From NCBI GenBank assembly GCA_965223265.1, contig OZ244999.1, positions 4,192,001-4,256,000 on the forward strand: 64,000 nt of DNA, given 5' to 3'. The notes beneath the pieces were generated by a model, which ran no database searches, was not told where the DNA came from, and was given only the letters and a program-made list of their open reading frames with translations. The DNA comes from Planctomycetota bacterium. GTDB lineage: Bacteria; Planctomycetota; UBA8108; SXIK01. Below, piece after piece: positions 1-11,938 of the stretch (position 1 is the stretch's first letter; every line of letters begins with the position of its first letter). The position numbers and the translations under genes were made by a program.

Positions 1-867
1 TTTGGACAGGCACTCTCCCTTGACTGATCTCACCCACCGTTCCGCGAAGGCGTTCAAGTTTGGGCTCTGCGCAGGCAGTTTGATCGGCTTCACTCCTCCG
101 GCCTCGATCGTCTCCTGGAACTTCGGACAGAACTTCCCGTCCCGATCGTGAATCAAGTAGCGACAGCCTGCGAGGAAGCCGACGTCGACCATCGTCACGT
201 TGCGAGCGATCTGCGTCATCCAGCATTCGTTTGGGTACGGCGTCATTCCGGCGACATAGACCCTACGGGTCGCCACCTGCATGAAGAAAAGAACGTAGTA
301 GGTCACGAGACCGCTTTTCGTCCAGATCTCCGTCGTGAAGAAATCCGTCGCTCCGAGGACGTCCATGTGCGAGCGGATGAACTCCCTCCACGTGGTCGTC
401 TTCTCTCGCTCCGGCGCTGGTGGGATACCGTTACGTTTCAAGACGTTCCCGACAGTCTGGTCGCTGACCTGGTGACCGAGGTTGGCCAGCGCGCCGGAGA
501 TTCGATCATAACCCCACGACCGATTGTCCTTTGCGAAGCTAACGATGAGGTCCTCGACTTCCGTCGTCACCCCGGGCCGACCTGGGTACTTCCGTTTCTT
601 CGAGCCATCAAACTTCTTCGCCACGAGCTTCCGGTGCCAGGCCAAGATCGTCTCCGGCTTGACGATCGTCGCCACCTCCTCGAGAACCTTCTTTCCGAGC
701 TTCTTGCCGATCTCTGCCAACGTCTTTCGCTCGCCGTCGGTCAGTTGCAACCGTCCCTTGATCTGGGCGCGCAGGATCCGATTCTCGGTCACGAGATACT
801 CGTTTCTCAGCAGCAACTCCTCATCGATTGAGCCTGTGATGTAGGCCAACATCTTCTTCCAGTCCAT
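1..867 (-). mobile_element. Integrase-core (rve/DDE) transposase with N-terminal HTH; 3' end runs off the window
   Basis: Not in the ORF track (no stop in window). Manual translation from ATG at 867: [33 protein letters not shown]...[10 protein letters not shown]...[10 protein letters not shown]...LIHDRDGKF...[20 protein letters not shown], with the D, D and E of the rve core in DFF, DRD and AER. Confidence 0.9.
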
Positions 868-993
868 CGCCTCTCTACCGACCACGCTTCTGACTTCGAA
901 ACCGGTCAGTATCCGATCGCGACCCGCGCTGAATCAAGCCCGACGGCAGGTCGTGGCGGGGACCATAAGTCGATCGATTCAAAGGCGTTCGCA

Positions 994-1010
994 TATTTTG
1001 ACCCTACGGG
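994..1010 (-). mobile_element. Putative left terminus of the transposase element
   Basis: CCCGTAGGGTCAAAATA on the minus strand about 130 bp upstream of the transposase start; the partner end is outside the window and cannot be checked. Confidence 0.35.
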
Positions 1011-1166
1011 TTCGCAGCTTTGTGCGCCGCCGCGTGGAGTTTCTCGAGGCGGCTCTGGCCGAGGGATCCCGAGTGCCCTAGTCCGACTCGTCCGCACTCG
1101 GTTCGCCGCGATGTTGTGGCGTAACACGGAGCGATTGAGCTCGTGTCTTCCCACACCACTCCGATC

Positions 1167-2060
1167 TCACCGCCGGCTCTGAGGAGTCCCGCCGCGGATC
1201 TTCAATAGCGCCTCCGCGACGGCCGCTTTCAGATCTTCGTCGTCGTCGCGCACCGCCATCTCTTCCAGCGCCGGGATCGCCGCCTCTGCAGTCGGTCCGA
1301 TCCGTCCCAGCGAGCGCACGGCGTAGAATCGTGCCGTTGCGTCGTCGTCCTCTTGCGCGAGCGCGACGAGATCGAGCACGGCTGGCGTGCCGTACGGGCC
1401 ATACTTGCCGAGCGCTTGCGCGGCATTCGCCCGCACGCCGGTCGTCGCGTCACTCAGCGCGGCTTGCAAAAACGGAACCGCAGATTTGGACGGTTCTCCA
1501 CCATGCACCTCAGCGACAATCTCCAGACACTCAGCAGCGAGCGCTCGCACCCCGTCGCTTGGATCGTCCCGCAGCAGCGCGCTGATGGCGGAGACCGATG
1601 CAGGGCCGATCTTCAGCAGCGCATAGAAGCCGAAAAACTTGAGCGTGTCTGATTCCTCACCGAGCAGATCAGCCAGCGGCGTAGCCGCAGGTTCGCCAAC
1701 CTGAATCAGAGCTTGAGACGCCGCCGGAAACACAGGATAGGCACCGCGCCCAGTGCCTGGAATGCGGACGTTTGGATCTCGCGGCTCCCACTCGATCGTG
1801 TCGAAGAGCTCACTGATATCTGACGGTAGCCCGTCGACACTTCTCCGCGCGGCGTCAACGAGACGCGGCACGACTCGCCGCGGATCAGCGCTAGCGAGCC
1901 ACGCAACCGCCTGGCCGTCGACCTCACTTCCGGACTCCAAGCGAGCAAGGTACCAGCGTTCCAGGATCGGTCGCCGCAGCGCGATCCCGGCCGCGACAAG
2001 GACGAGAACGCCGATTATGATGGCCACAGAGACGACCGGTTTCTTGCTCGAACGATGCAT
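1167..2060 (-). CDS. Membrane-anchored HEAT/PBS-lyase repeat protein
   Basis: N-terminal TM helix (VSVAIIIGVLVLVAAGIAL); repeated VR..AA.AL..IG...AVP.L units; start placed at ATG 2060. Confidence 0.8.
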   Translation of the reverse strand: MHRSSKKPVVSVAIIIGVLVLVAAGIALRRPILERWYLARLESGSEVDGQAVAWLASADPRRVVPRLVDAARRSVDGLPSDISELFDTIEWEPRDPNVRIPGTGRGAYPVFPAASQALIQVGEPAATPLADLLGEESDTLKFFGFYALLKIGPASVSAISALLRDDPSDGVRALAAECLEIVAEVHGGEPSKSAVPFLQAALSDATTGVRANAAQALGKYGPYGTPAVLDLVALAQEDDDATARFYAVRSLGRIGPTAEAAIPALEEMAVRDDDEDLKAAVAEALLKIRGGTPQSRR

Positions 2061-2249
2061 ACAGAAAGTCCCCCGGCGAACCAAAACGACGAACAGTCAG
2101 CTCACCTGTTGTCGCCCAAACCGGCAGTGGGTTTCAGCGATTCCATGAATTCCTGAAATCCAGTACGACGATCTGCGTAGAGCGATCCACCGCCGCGCTG
2201 GCGCAAAGATCGTTGACCAGCCGGCTCTGCACGTGGACACTCGAGGTCT

Positions 2250-3332
2250 ATGAAACGTCGAGAAGCAACGTCAACCGAACTCATCCAGACGACTGCGAAG
2301 GGCGCTGCGACGATCAAGCCGGAGGACGCCCACGTCGCCATGGAGTTCGAGCACACCAGCCCGTTCATCTGCTGCCGCCTCGACCCGCAGGGTCGCTTTG
2401 CATTCGGCAGCGCCGAAGACAGCCGCATCCAGCGCTGGAACATCGCCACCGGCGCCAAGACGGAACTGCAACTCCACGACAGTTGGATCTTCGCCATGGC
2501 GCTTCTCCCGGACGGGGAAACGCTCATCTCGGCTGGTGGAGACGGCCGCGTCGTCTGGTGGCCCGCCAGCGCCGAAAAGCCCGAGCCGTCCCGCGTCGTC
2601 CAGGGCCATCCCGGCTGGATTCGGTTCGTTGCGGTGAGCCCCGACGGTCAACGCATCGCCTCGGCCGGCAGCGACCGAGTTGTGCGTTTGTGGAACGCCG
2701 TCGACGGAACACTCGAGCACGAATTGACGGGACACAAACTCGACGTCTACAGTGTCGCGTTTCACCCGAGCGGTGAGTTTCTCATTTCAGGCGACCTTCT
2801 AGGTGAAGTGCGGCAGTGGGAAGCAAAGACGGGAAAGTACATGCGCTCCTGCGACGCCAAGGCGCTCCACACCTACAATGGCGGCCAGGGCGTCCACTAC
2901 GGCGGCGTGCGCGACGTCTGCGTCAGCCTCGACGGTCAGCGCTTGTCAGCCTGCGGTCTCCACCGCGCACCAAACCCCCTCGCCGGCGTCAACGAACCGA
3001 TCGCGCTCGTCTTCGATTGGGAGAGCGGCGAGAAGGTCGAGCAGTTTGAAATGAAAGGCGTCCGTGCACTCGCGTGGCGCGCGATCTTTCATGCCTCCGG
3101 ATTTCTGATCGGCGGCGCCGGTGGGCACACGGGCGGCTACATTCTCTTTTGGAAGAACGGCGAGACCGACGAGGTGCACCGGTTCGTTTTGCCGAACACG
3201 GCCCGCAGCATGGACCTGCATCCCAGCGGCGTCGACGTGCTGACAGGTCACTACGACAACAAGGTGCGCCTCACCCGGCTGACGAAAAAGCCCGCAGACG
3301 ATCCGCAAGCGGCCCAGAAGCCGGACGCCTAG
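2250..3332 (+). CDS. WD40 repeat protein
   Basis: GH..WI..VA.SPDG..IASAGSD..VRLWN repeats; lies upstream of the DUF1549/1553-DUF1501 pair. Confidence 0.85.
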   Translation: MKRREATSTELIQTTAKGAATIKPEDAHVAMEFEHTSPFICCRLDPQGRFAFGSAEDSRIQRWNIATGAKTELQLHDSWIFAMALLPDGETLISAGGDGRVVWWPASAEKPEPSRVVQGHPGWIRFVAVSPDGQRIASAGSDRVVRLWNAVDGTLEHELTGHKLDVYSVAFHPSGEFLISGDLLGEVRQWEAKTGKYMRSCDAKALHTYNGGQGVHYGGVRDVCVSLDGQRLSACGLHRAPNPLAGVNEPIALVFDWESGEKVEQFEMKGVRALAWRAIFHASGFLIGGAGGHTGGYILFWKNGETDEVHRFVLPNTARSMDLHPSGVDVLTGHYDNKVRLTRLTKKPADDPQAAQKPDA

Positions 3333-3484
3333 ACGCAAACCGGGTGAAACAGCGCAGTCGAGCGGGTCCGTCAGCGCGCTGAAGCACTGCCTCGAAGGCG
3401 TCTGTCGGTGCTCCCCATGGGCCGCCCGAACGTCCTCAAAGGCTCATTTTTGTTGCACTTCGGACGCCCAACACGTCAGATGAG

Positions 3485-6448
3485 TTGGTCATCGTCTCAC
3501 GGACCTCCCTCACCGGCCGGTCCGTGCTGGAATTCGGTCCGCGCCAGAAATCTATCGTGTCAGACGCCAACGCATTCCCGCGCAGCCTCTTTGTTCGACC
3601 GCTCGGCCTCGCGTTCACACTACTTTGGGCCACCACCGCGCTGTCGTCACCCGCGCCGCTCCACCAGCGCATCGACGCGCGCATCGACGCAGGCCACATC
3701 GGGACAACCGGCGCCCTCACGAACGATGAGGACTTTCTCCGTCGTGTGCACCTCGATTTGACGGGACGCATCCCGCCGGCCGCCGAGCTCCGCGCATTCC
3801 TCGCTGACAAAGATCCCCTGAAGCGCAGCCAACGGATCGACGCTCTCCTCGCCAGCCCTGACCACGTCCGCCATCTGCAGACGGTCTTTGACGTCATGCT
3901 CATGGAACGGCGAAGCGCACGGCAGATCGGCGATGCGGAATGGCGGGAGTATCTCTACAGCTCGTTTCGCGAGCGCAAACCGTACAATCGGCTGGCGATG
4001 GAAATCCTGCGCGCCGACGCTCCGGCCGGCCCGCTGCGCCCAGCGACGAAGTTCTATCTGGACCGTGACGGCGAGGTGAACGCGCTCACGCGTGACGTCG
4101 GTCGACTCTTCTTCGGGCTCGATCTGGAATGCGCGCAGTGCCACGACCATCCGTCTATCGACGACTACCTGCAAAAGAACTACTACGAGCTCTTTGCGTT
4201 TTTGAGCCGCAGCTATCAGGTCGAAGAGAAGCGCTCGTCACTTCAGCTGATCGCGGAGCGAGCTGACGGCGAAGCCACGTTCAAGTCCGTGTTCACAGAC
4301 GAGGAAGGCCAATCCCAACCGCGTCTTCCGGGCGGTATGGAATTGATGGATCCGAAGTTTCACGACGGGCTTTACAAGCGACGTCCCGGCGAAGGGATGC
4401 CGGGCGTGCCGACCTACAGCCGACGGGAACGCCTGGCCGCCGCCGCTGGCGCTGGCACCAACGAAGCCTTCGCACGCAACATCGCCAACCGCCTTTGGGC
4501 GCTAATGATGGGCCGCGGGCTTGTGCATCCGCCAGACCTACACCACTCAGACAACCCAGCAACGCATCCGGCTTTGCTGGCCGAGCTGGCCACAGCCTTG
4601 ATGGATATGGAGTACGACGTCTCAAGATTCCTCGGCGAGATCGCTCGCTCACGCACCTACCAGCGAGCCAGCGCGCCGCCACCACTCGCCATCGATGCGA
4701 AACGCGCGAGCGATCTCTTGCAAACGCGCAGACAGGAAACCGAGGCACTGCGCGCCGCCGTGGAGCAGGCGAAGACGTTATGGAAGAAGCGCGAGACCGA
4801 ACTCAAGCGCGCAGTCGATGCCCTGGCAGCCAGCGACTACACCGAGGCCACGGCGGCCGAAGCGAAGGCCAAGGACGAGGTCTTCGGAGCGAATGCCGCG
4901 CTGGTGCAAGGCCAGCGAGCCGTCGTGGAGAAAGAAGCGGCCCTGGAGCTCGCGCGGCAAGCCGCGGAGCTCGCCGATGCCGCAGCCAAAAGCAGCGAGC
5001 CTCAGGCCGAGAAACTGGCTGAGACGGCGAGGAACCTGCGCGAACGCGCCACCAAACTCGTAGCTGAAGTCGATAAGGCTAGAGAAGCCTTCCCGGCGCT
5101 CGAAGCAAAGATTCGCACTGCTGAACTCGCGCTTCCCACTGCAGTAGCGCGAACATCAGCTGTCGCTGCGAGCGGTCGACCTCTCGCGGCCAACGTAACA
5201 GAGCATCATCGTAACGCCGACGTCGCCAAGCGAGACTTCGAGGCAGCGAAGCGCGGATGGGAAGAATCTCGATACGCCATAGAGGAAAACGAGCTTCTCG
5301 TTCGAGCTCTCGAGCTCGTTGCCGAGAGGGATGCCGCCCAACAAGCCTTTTCACCCGTCGCCGAACGGCATGGGACGCTACGCGGCGTGCTCGCAAAGAC
5401 GCGAGAAGAGCTCGCAAAAATGCAGGCTGCAAACACCGCCGCGTACGATCAGGCCAGTGCATCTGAAGTCACAATCGAAAAAACAAGAACCGCGCTCGCC
5501 CCAAAGCGGCAGGCTGCCAAACTGATCGACGATGCCCAGAAGCAAGTGTACTCCGCTCTCGAAAAACTGCCCGACGACAAGACCCTGAGGACGGCCCTGG
5601 CGTCGCTCGAGAAGGAAAGCGCTAGAGCGACGCAGGAAGTCAAAAAGCTGGAGGCGACGCTGGCGGAAGCGACGAAGAAACTGGAGTCCGCCAACAAGAC
5701 GATCAAGAGCTCCGAAGGCACGATCGCTAAGGCGCAAACGGACGCGGATCGGATCGAATCTGAAATCGACTCGTTCGCAGCGGAGTTCGACTCTTTGAAA
5801 GTCGTAGCGGACAAAGCCACGATCGCGGCGACGGAGGCCGAAAAAGAGCTACTCGAGGTGTGGCGCCGCCGCTTCGCCGTCGCCAGTCTGAAGCCGCTCT
5901 CGCCCGAGCAGCTGGGATGGAGTGCGCTGCGCGCGCTTGGCCTCGTCGATCGCCAACTGCAAAAAGAACTCGGTGGCACGAAATCCAAAGACGGCTCGAA
6001 AACGCAAGATGGTATCGAGATCGCGTTTGCCGCCGAACGCGCCACGCACAAGGCGCTTCGCGGCAAGGTCGACATCTTCATCCGTCTCTACGGCGGCATT
6101 CCTGGTTCTGATGAACGCGAGTTCCAAGCGACCGCCCAACAAGCGCTGTTCATGATGAACAGTGGTGAGATCCACGGACTGCTGAAGCCCGCAGACGACA
6201 ACCTCGCCGCAAAGCTCCTCCAGATCGAACCAGCTGCACTCGCTGACGAACTCTATCTGAGCGTACTCTCACGTCGTCCGACGGCAGCGGAGACGCAAAC
6301 CGTCACCGCCTATCTCGAGTCTGTCGCCGACGCGGCGACAGAAGAACAGTCGGCAACCACCAAAAAGACAACTGCCCACAAGACCGCAGCGGTTGAGGAT
6401 CTGATCTGGGCGCTTCTGACGTCGGCGGAGTTTCGCTTCAATCGGTAG
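3485..6448 (+). CDS. DUF1549/DUF1553 protein with a long coiled-coil insertion (true start probably slightly downstream)
   Basis: DEDFLRRVHLDLTGRIP, CAQCHDHP heme motif, ANRLWALMMGRGLVHP, then about 390 aa of Ala/Glu/Lys-rich helix, then KPLSPEQL...QALFMMN...DLIWALLTSAEFRFNR. Confidence 0.9.
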   Translation: MVIVSRTSLTGRSVLEFGPRQKSIVSDANAFPRSLFVRPLGLAFTLLWATTALSSPAPLHQRIDARIDAGHIGTTGALTNDEDFLRRVHLDLTGRIPPAAELRAFLADKDPLKRSQRIDALLASPDHVRHLQTVFDVMLMERRSARQIGDAEWREYLYSSFRERKPYNRLAMEILRADAPAGPLRPATKFYLDRDGEVNALTRDVGRLFFGLDLECAQCHDHPSIDDYLQKNYYELFAFLSRSYQVEEKRSSLQLIAERADGEATFKSVFTDEEGQSQPRLPGGMELMDPKFHDGLYKRRPGEGMPGVPTYSRRERLAAAAGAGTNEAFARNIANRLWALMMGRGLVHPPDLHHSDNPATHPALLAELATALMDMEYDVSRFLGEIARSRTYQRASAPPPLAIDAKRASDLLQTRRQETEALRAAVEQAKTLWKKRETELKRAVDALAASDYTEATAAEAKAKDEVFGANAALVQGQRAVVEKEAALELARQAAELADAAAKSSEPQAEKLAETARNLRERATKLVAEVDKAREAFPALEAKIRTAELALPTAVARTSAVAASGRPLAANVTEHHRNADVAKRDFEAAKRGWEESRYAIEENELLVRALELVAERDAAQQAFSPVAERHGTLRGVLAKTREELAKMQAANTAAYDQASASEVTIEKTRTALAPKRQAAKLIDDAQKQVYSALEKLPDDKTLRTALASLEKESARATQEVKKLEATLAEATKKLESANKTIKSSEGTIAKAQTDADRIESEIDSFAAEFDSLKVVADKATIAATEAEKELLEVWRRRFAVASLKPLSPEQLGWSALRALGLVDRQLQKELGGTKSKDGSKTQDGIEIAFAAERATHKALRGKVDIFIRLYGGIPGSDEREFQATAQQALFMMNSGEIHGLLKPADDNLAAKLLQIEPAALADELYLSVLSRRPTAAETQTVTAYLESVADAATEEQSATTKKTTAHKTAAVEDLIWALLTSAEFRFNR

Positions 6449-6534
6449 ATAGCGGCGAAGCGCTCCGGGTACCCTTGTATTCACTGCAACACGAAAAAGA
6501 GTGACAGCCGCTCAGCGGCGGAGGAAGAGCAACC

Positions 6535-7824
6535 ATGAACTGTGACTATGCGTGCAACTCCCCAGAGCACACATTGGCGCGGCGGACTTTCCTTGGCGGG
6601 CTGTTGGCTGGCGCTGGTGGCGCGTCGCTGTTGAACGTCCCGGCGTTCGCGCAGCCGGAGATCGCCAAGCAGATGGCCGCGCAGCAAAAGAACATGCTGC
6701 TGATCTGGCTCGCCGGCGGCGTCAGTCAGTTCGAGACGTGGGACCCCAAACCGGGCACGCGGACCGGCGGCCCGTTCCGCGCCATTCCCTCATCCGTCCC
6801 CGGCACGCACGTCTCGGAGCTCATCCCCCACACGGCGAAGCAGATGCATCGCCTGTCGCTGATTCGCAGTATCGACACCGGCACGACCGATCACGGCTTG
6901 GGCGCCTACGAAATGCGCAAAGGGCACCGCAAGCAACCCGGACGCGAGTATCCTGAGCTTGGTGCGGTGTGTGCCAAAGGACTCGACGACGGCCAGCGAA
7001 CGCTACCAGGTTTCATCCGCGTCACCGGCGGCGGCGGCGGCACCGGCAGAGACTCGGCTTACCTTGGACCGCGCTATGCGAGCCTCAGCGTCGGTGCTGG
7101 AAAGCCGCCCATCTACTCGGAACCGCCAAAGGGCATCGAAGCGGCAGCCTACCGCCGCCGCCAACAGCTGCGTGCGCAACTCGGGCAGCAGTTCACGCAA
7201 AAGCGCCGCACTGCCAGCACGGATGCGTTCACCCACTCGTTCGACCAGGCTGCGGCACTCATGGAACGCCGCGACATCTTCGACTCGAGCCGTGAACCCG
7301 AGAAACTCAAGGAACGCTACGGCCATCACCAGTTCGGAAGGCACTGTTTGATGGCCCGCCGCCTACTCGAACACGGCGCTTCGTTCGTCGAGGTCACGCA
7401 CTCGAACTACGATACGCACAACGAGAACTTCATCTTCCACCTCGAACAGATGGGTGAGTTCGACCGCACGTTCGCCACGCTCATCGATGACATGGCGCAG
7501 CGCGGCATGCTCGAGAACACGTTCGTTCTCGTCATGTCGGAGTTCGGCCGCACACCAAAGATCAATCGCAAGTACGGTCGTGACCACTGGGGCAAGTCCT
7601 GGTCCGTCGCCATGGCAGGGAGCGGCGTCCATCCCGGTGCCGTCGTCGGCACGACGAACGAGACAGGCGAAGAGGTCACAGACCGTCCTGTCGACCACGC
7701 CGATCTCTTCCACACCTTCTTGAGGGCCGTCGGGATCGACTCGAAGAGCGATTTCATCATCGCGGGGAAACCGGTCCCGGTTGCGGATCCCGCTGCTGAC
7801 GCGATCGAAGAGATCCTGATCTGA
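6535..7824 (+). CDS. DUF1501 family protein (Tat signal)
   Basis: ARRTFL Tat motif; [16 protein letters not shown]; SEFGRTP; GRDHW. Confidence 0.92.
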   Translation: MNCDYACNSPEHTLARRTFLGGLLAGAGGASLLNVPAFAQPEIAKQMAAQQKNMLLIWLAGGVSQFETWDPKPGTRTGGPFRAIPSSVPGTHVSELIPHTAKQMHRLSLIRSIDTGTTDHGLGAYEMRKGHRKQPGREYPELGAVCAKGLDDGQRTLPGFIRVTGGGGGTGRDSAYLGPRYASLSVGAGKPPIYSEPPKGIEAAAYRRRQQLRAQLGQQFTQKRRTASTDAFTHSFDQAAALMERRDIFDSSREPEKLKERYGHHQFGRHCLMARRLLEHGASFVEVTHSNYDTHNENFIFHLEQMGEFDRTFATLIDDMAQRGMLENTFVLVMSEFGRTPKINRKYGRDHWGKSWSVAMAGSGVHPGAVVGTTNETGEEVTDRPVDHADLFHTFLRAVGIDSKSDFIIAGKPVPVADPAADAIEEILI

Positions 7825-7907
7825 TCTCGCACACTCCTTCGAGGCCACCGAACTCTCTCGTCGCAACCGCGCCCCTGCGGTACGTGAGAAGCATTCGAGG
7901 ATTCCGC

Positions 7908-10487
7908 ATGAAGAACGTCCGCACGCTAGCCCTTTGCCTTGCCGCTGTGCTGCCGTTGGCCGGACGCGCCGAGACGTCACGACCGAACGTGCTCTTCATT
8001 GCGGTCGACGACCTTCGCGCTGAGCTGGCCTGCTACGGCAGCGATCATGTGAAGTCGCCTCACATCGATCGCTTGGCGTCGCGGGGGACCTTGTTTGAAC
8101 GCGCCTACTGTCAACAGGCGGTGTGCAACCCATCGCGCGCGTCGCTCATGACCGGACTTCGACCTGACACGCTGCGCGTCTGGGATTTGCCAACGCACTT
8201 TCGCGAGACGACACCAGACGCTGTCACTCTGCCGCAACTCTTCAAGCGGCACGGATACCACGCTCAGGCGGTCGGCAAGATCTATCACAACTGGCGGCAG
8301 GACGACTGGAAGGGTGACCCAGGGTCGTGGAGTGTGCCGTCCGTTCTCCACTACAACAACCACAGCCACGACAAGCCGCAGGTGGAGGGAACACTGCCGC
8401 CGAACTTGGCCTCAGGTGAGCGCGGCATGGCGTGTCGCGACGTGCCTGACGATGCGTACTTCGATGGCCGCGTCGCCACGACCGCCATCGAAACGCTCCG
8501 CGGGCTCAGCCGAAAAGACCAGCCTTTCTTTCTCGCTGTGGGTTTTTGGAAGCCGCATGGCCCGTTCAATGCGCCAAAGAAGTATTGGGATCTCTACGAC
8601 CGCGAAAAACTACGCATGCCGGAGCACGTCACGCCGCCGGAAGACGTGCCGGAGATCGCTCTGACGGGCTCGCGCTACAAGGGAGGCCGTGACGCCGAAA
8701 TCTTGCGCGAGATGCAGCACGGCTACTTGGCGGCGATCAGCTACCTCGATGCGCAGGTCGGCCGCGTCGTTAGCGAAGTCGACCGACTTGGCCTCGGTGC
8801 CAAGACCATCATCGTCTTTTGGTCTGATCACGGGCTTCACGTCGGCGAACACGGCCTTCTGCGCAAGACGACAGCATTCGAACTCGATGCTCGCGTACCG
8901 CTCATCATTGCCTCACCACATCACAACGTACGGCAAAGGACCCGGTCGCTCGTTGAGCTTGTCGATCTCTACCCAACACTCGTCGAGCTTTGCGGACTCG
9001 ACGCGCCGCATGAACTGGAGGGAGTCTCGCTCGTACCTGTGCTTCGCAATCCAGCTCATGCCGTCAAGCGCGCCGCACTCACGCAGGCACCGCGCCCGAA
9101 CTATCTTCGCGGCGAGGCACCAAGAGTCATGGGGTACTCATTGCGCACGGCACGCTACCGCTACACCGAGTGGCGCGACCACCAAACCGGCGCAGTGAAC
9201 GCGCGCGAGCTTTACGACCACGAAGTCGATCCACTGGAAACGGTCAATAGAGCGCGACGCGCGGAACACACCGCTGCGCTGACAGCACTCGCGACTGAAC
9301 TACGTGAGACGCTGCGGTCGCAGGCAGCGCACCGCGACGCGTCAGCCCGACGCAGGCCCGATCCCGTGATCAACCCGGAAAGCCCGCTCATGCTCGACCT
9401 GAAAGCGACGGGTGCCGACGCAGCAGCGATCGACTTCAATGCACTCAGGCGCATCCCCCACGAACACAGCGTCATCAGCGACGTGCGCGACCGCGGCGGA
9501 CGCTGGGTGCATCAACACGCCTATCTCGCCCACCACGACGGACTCTACTTCGCCATGTGGAGCGACGGTCCGGGCGTGCCGAAGAAGGGCGCGACAGCCA
9601 AGGAACATCGCAACCTCACTCCCGGGCATGATCAACCTGACACACGCGTCTCCTACGCCATCAGCGAGGACGGAGTCCGCTGGACGGGTCCGAGGGAGCT
9701 CTCCGGTCCACCACGAACACCCGGGTTTGGCTGGATCGCGCGTGGCCTCTGGCAGCGGGAAGGCGAACTGCTCGCGCTGGCGTCGCACTTCAATGCGCCG
9801 GGATATTCAGGCAAAGGCTTAAGCCTCGAAGCGTTTCGCTGGACAGGAGGCGACCGCGGCTGGCAGGCGCACGGCACGGTGCTCGACGACACCCTCAACA
9901 ACTTTCCGCCGAAGAAACTACCCACCGGCGAGTATCTGGCGACGCGTCGCGACCATCAAAAACAGGTCTCCGTGATCGTCGGTGGCCACCAGGCGTTCGA
10001 TCGCTGGGAGATACTTCCACTTGCGACCTATAGCGACAAGGAAAAACCCGAGGAACCCTACTGGTACATCCTTCCGGACGGAAAGAACATCGTCGGCTTG
10101 ATTCGCGACAACAGCGGATCGAAACGCCTCCTGCGCACGTTTTCCATCGACAATGGGCGCACGTGGAGCCGCATTGTCCGCACCAACTTTCCCGATGCCA
10201 CGAGCAAGTTCTTCGTCTTACGGACTTCGCGTGGCTACTACGCCATGGTCTCCAATTCGAATCCGCATCGGCGCGATCCGCTGACGCTCGCCATCAGCCA
10301 TGACGGCCTAGTCTTCACGGAGCTCTTCTACTTGGTGGGTGGCCGCCATGTCGACTACCCACACATCATCGAACGGAATGGGCATCTCTTGATCGCGTTC
10401 TCTGGAGCGAAGCAGACCATGGAGGTGCTCAAAGTCGACCTCAATGACCTGGACGAGCTCATCAAGACAGGGCCGAGTGCCCGATGA
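7908..10487 (+). CDS. Sulfatase (iduronate-2-sulfatase-like) fused to a C-terminal BNR/sialidase-like propeller
   Basis: Signal peptide; [34 protein letters not shown]; C-terminal Asp boxes [22 protein letters not shown]. Confidence 0.9.
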   Translation: MKNVRTLALCLAAVLPLAGRAETSRPNVLFIAVDDLRAELACYGSDHVKSPHIDRLASRGTLFERAYCQQAVCNPSRASLMTGLRPDTLRVWDLPTHFRETTPDAVTLPQLFKRHGYHAQAVGKIYHNWRQDDWKGDPGSWSVPSVLHYNNHSHDKPQVEGTLPPNLASGERGMACRDVPDDAYFDGRVATTAIETLRGLSRKDQPFFLAVGFWKPHGPFNAPKKYWDLYDREKLRMPEHVTPPEDVPEIALTGSRYKGGRDAEILREMQHGYLAAISYLDAQVGRVVSEVDRLGLGAKTIIVFWSDHGLHVGEHGLLRKTTAFELDARVPLIIASPHHNVRQRTRSLVELVDLYPTLVELCGLDAPHELEGVSLVPVLRNPAHAVKRAALTQAPRPNYLRGEAPRVMGYSLRTARYRYTEWRDHQTGAVNARELYDHEVDPLETVNRARRAEHTAALTALATELRETLRSQAAHRDASARRRPDPVINPESPLMLDLKATGADAAAIDFNALRRIPHEHSVISDVRDRGGRWVHQHAYLAHHDGLYFAMWSDGPGVPKKGATAKEHRNLTPGHDQPDTRVSYAISEDGVRWTGPRELSGPPRTPGFGWIARGLWQREGELLALASHFNAPGYSGKGLSLEAFRWTGGDRGWQAHGTVLDDTLNNFPPKKLPTGEYLATRRDHQKQVSVIVGGHQAFDRWEILPLATYSDKEKPEEPYWYILPDGKNIVGLIRDNSGSKRLLRTFSIDNGRTWSRIVRTNFPDATSKFFVLRTSRGYYAMVSNSNPHRRDPLTLAISHDGLVFTELFYLVGGRHVDYPHIIERNGHLLIAFSGAKQTMEVLKVDLNDLDELIKTGPSAR

Positions 10488-11580
10488 GCGGCTCTTGATG
10501 AGCTCGCAGCCGCGACGGTGACACCAGCGGTACGGCTCGCCGCGGCACGTCGGGAAAACCGCGGAAGCTCGGCGCCGGTTCGTCGAGGAAACGCTGCGTG
10601 ACATGTTCGAACTCCTCTCGAGCGCGCTCCGCGCCCAGGGCCATGAGTTCCTCAATGTGTTCAACGCCATCCAAGGTCCAGCTGTCGTCGGCTAGTCCGA
10701 AGTTGATGTGGTAGTAACGCTCGCCCAACAGGTATTCGAGTGGCCCTTCGACACCTTGCACCTGAGAGATGCCCATCACGTTCGCAACGTGCTTACTCCA
10801 GAACAGGATTCCAGCGTCGTCCCCAGGCGGTGAAAGCGAATAGGTTGTCCGGCCAGTCCCTATCGAGAGGATTTCGATCGCCGAGGTGTCGTGGGCCGGA
10901 TCACAATCAGGTCGATCGCAAAGCTGCTGGATCTTCATCGCCTCAGCGAACGCAAGGACGCTGGGGTTCGTCGCCCAGAGTCCGCCATCGCAGTAATCGT
11001 CGCCGTCGGGCAACGTCGCGTGAGGAAAATAGGTCGGCGCTGCCGTCGCGGCCCGCACGACATCGGCGATACGAAAATCGGTGTGCGGACCAGGGTCCGG
11101 AAGATGCGGCGTGCGGAAGACCACCGTCCGCCCTTTGGTGAGGTTCACGGCGGGAACAATCAAGCGTGCGCGAGCAACCTCGGCAAGCGTCGCATCGCCG
11201 AATCCTTGTCGAAGCGTCTCAGCGAGATGCTCTGGACAATATCGAGCCTGAAAAAAATGGTCGAGGTCGCTCTGCGTGCGGCGTCGAAAAACTTTTCGCA
11301 CCAGCTTGTAGGGAATCCGCAGCCAGCCCCGCGATTCGTAGTTCCTCTGCGGGTGAAAGATCTCGCGTCCGTAGTCGAGATAGAACCGCCGCATTTTCTC
11401 GGCGGAACGGCCGTAAGCGAGCCCCGATCCGATGATCGCGCCGGTTGAGGTACCGGCGATGAGATCGAAGTAGTCGACGAGAGGGCGACCGAGTCGCCGT
11501 TCAACCTCAGCAAGAAACGCGGTGGCGAAGGCGCCGCGTATGCCACCACCATCGAGCGACAAGATTCGAAAACGCGCCAT
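10462..11580 (-). CDS. Patatin-like phospholipase
   Basis: DGGGIRG, GTSTG nucleophile elbow, AAPTYF, DGG; 3' end overlaps the sulfatase 3' end by 26 bp. Confidence 0.9.
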   Translation of the reverse strand: MARFRILSLDGGGIRGAFATAFLAEVERRLGRPLVDYFDLIAGTSTGAIIGSGLAYGRSAEKMRRFYLDYGREIFHPQRNYESRGWLRIPYKLVRKVFRRRTQSDLDHFFQARYCPEHLAETLRQGFGDATLAEVARARLIVPAVNLTKGRTVVFRTPHLPDPGPHTDFRIADVVRAATAAPTYFPHATLPDGDDYCDGGLWATNPSVLAFAEAMKIQQLCDRPDCDPAHDTSAIEILSIGTGRTTYSLSPPGDDAGILFWSKHVANVMGISQVQGVEGPLEYLLGERYYHINFGLADDSWTLDGVEHIEELMALGAERAREEFEHVTQRFLDEPAPSFRGFPDVPRRAVPLVSPSRLRAHQEPLIGHSALS

Positions 11581-11596
11581 TTGTCCTCCAAGGTGT

Positions 11597-11938
11597 CTAC
11601 TGATTGACCAGCGAGTCCCGAGCCTTTTCCAGCTCCCCCCTGAGAGTGCCCGTGACGAAGTGAAGAAACATACGGAGGTCGCTCAAGAGCGACCATAGGG
11701 GATGGCCAAACGTTTGCGGGCGATTGCACTCCACGCACGCATGTCCCACCCACGCGAAGCCGTAGCCCAGCAGAATGGCGACGCCGCCCAGCCACCAGAC
11801 CCGAAACGTGGTAGCCGCGACGACCAACACGACGCCAAGCAGCGTGCCGGCGTAGTGCCAGGCGCGCGTCAGCGGTTGGGAATGGGCACGCAGGTAACGC
11901 GGCCAAAACTCGCGAAAGGAGGAGATCTTTCTACTCAT
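11597..11938 (-). CDS. DUF962 / Mpo1-like membrane protein
   Basis: SFREFWPRYLRAH...H..G...GYGFAWVGH..VE.NRP.TF.HPLWSL..D; ATG overlaps the upstream stop (ATGA). Confidence 0.85.
   Translation of the reverse strand: MSRKISSFREFWPRYLRAHSQPLTRAWHYAGTLLGVVLVVAATTFRVWWLGGVAILLGYGFAWVGHACVECNRPQTFGHPLWSLLSDLRMFLHFVTGTLRGELEKARDSLVNQ

Noticed and set aside
148-831. 227-aa plus-strand ORF
   Set aside because: Antisense to the transposase, which is the real gene.
1060-1125. attC-like site after the HEAT gene
   Set aside because: Only an AAC box and a short CGAGTGC/GCACTCG stem; no right-hand boxes and not adjacent to the stop.
10462-11580. CBASS system (CapV-like effector)
   Set aside because: No CD-NTase or Cap2/Cap3 gene nearby; the neighbours are lipid-related.
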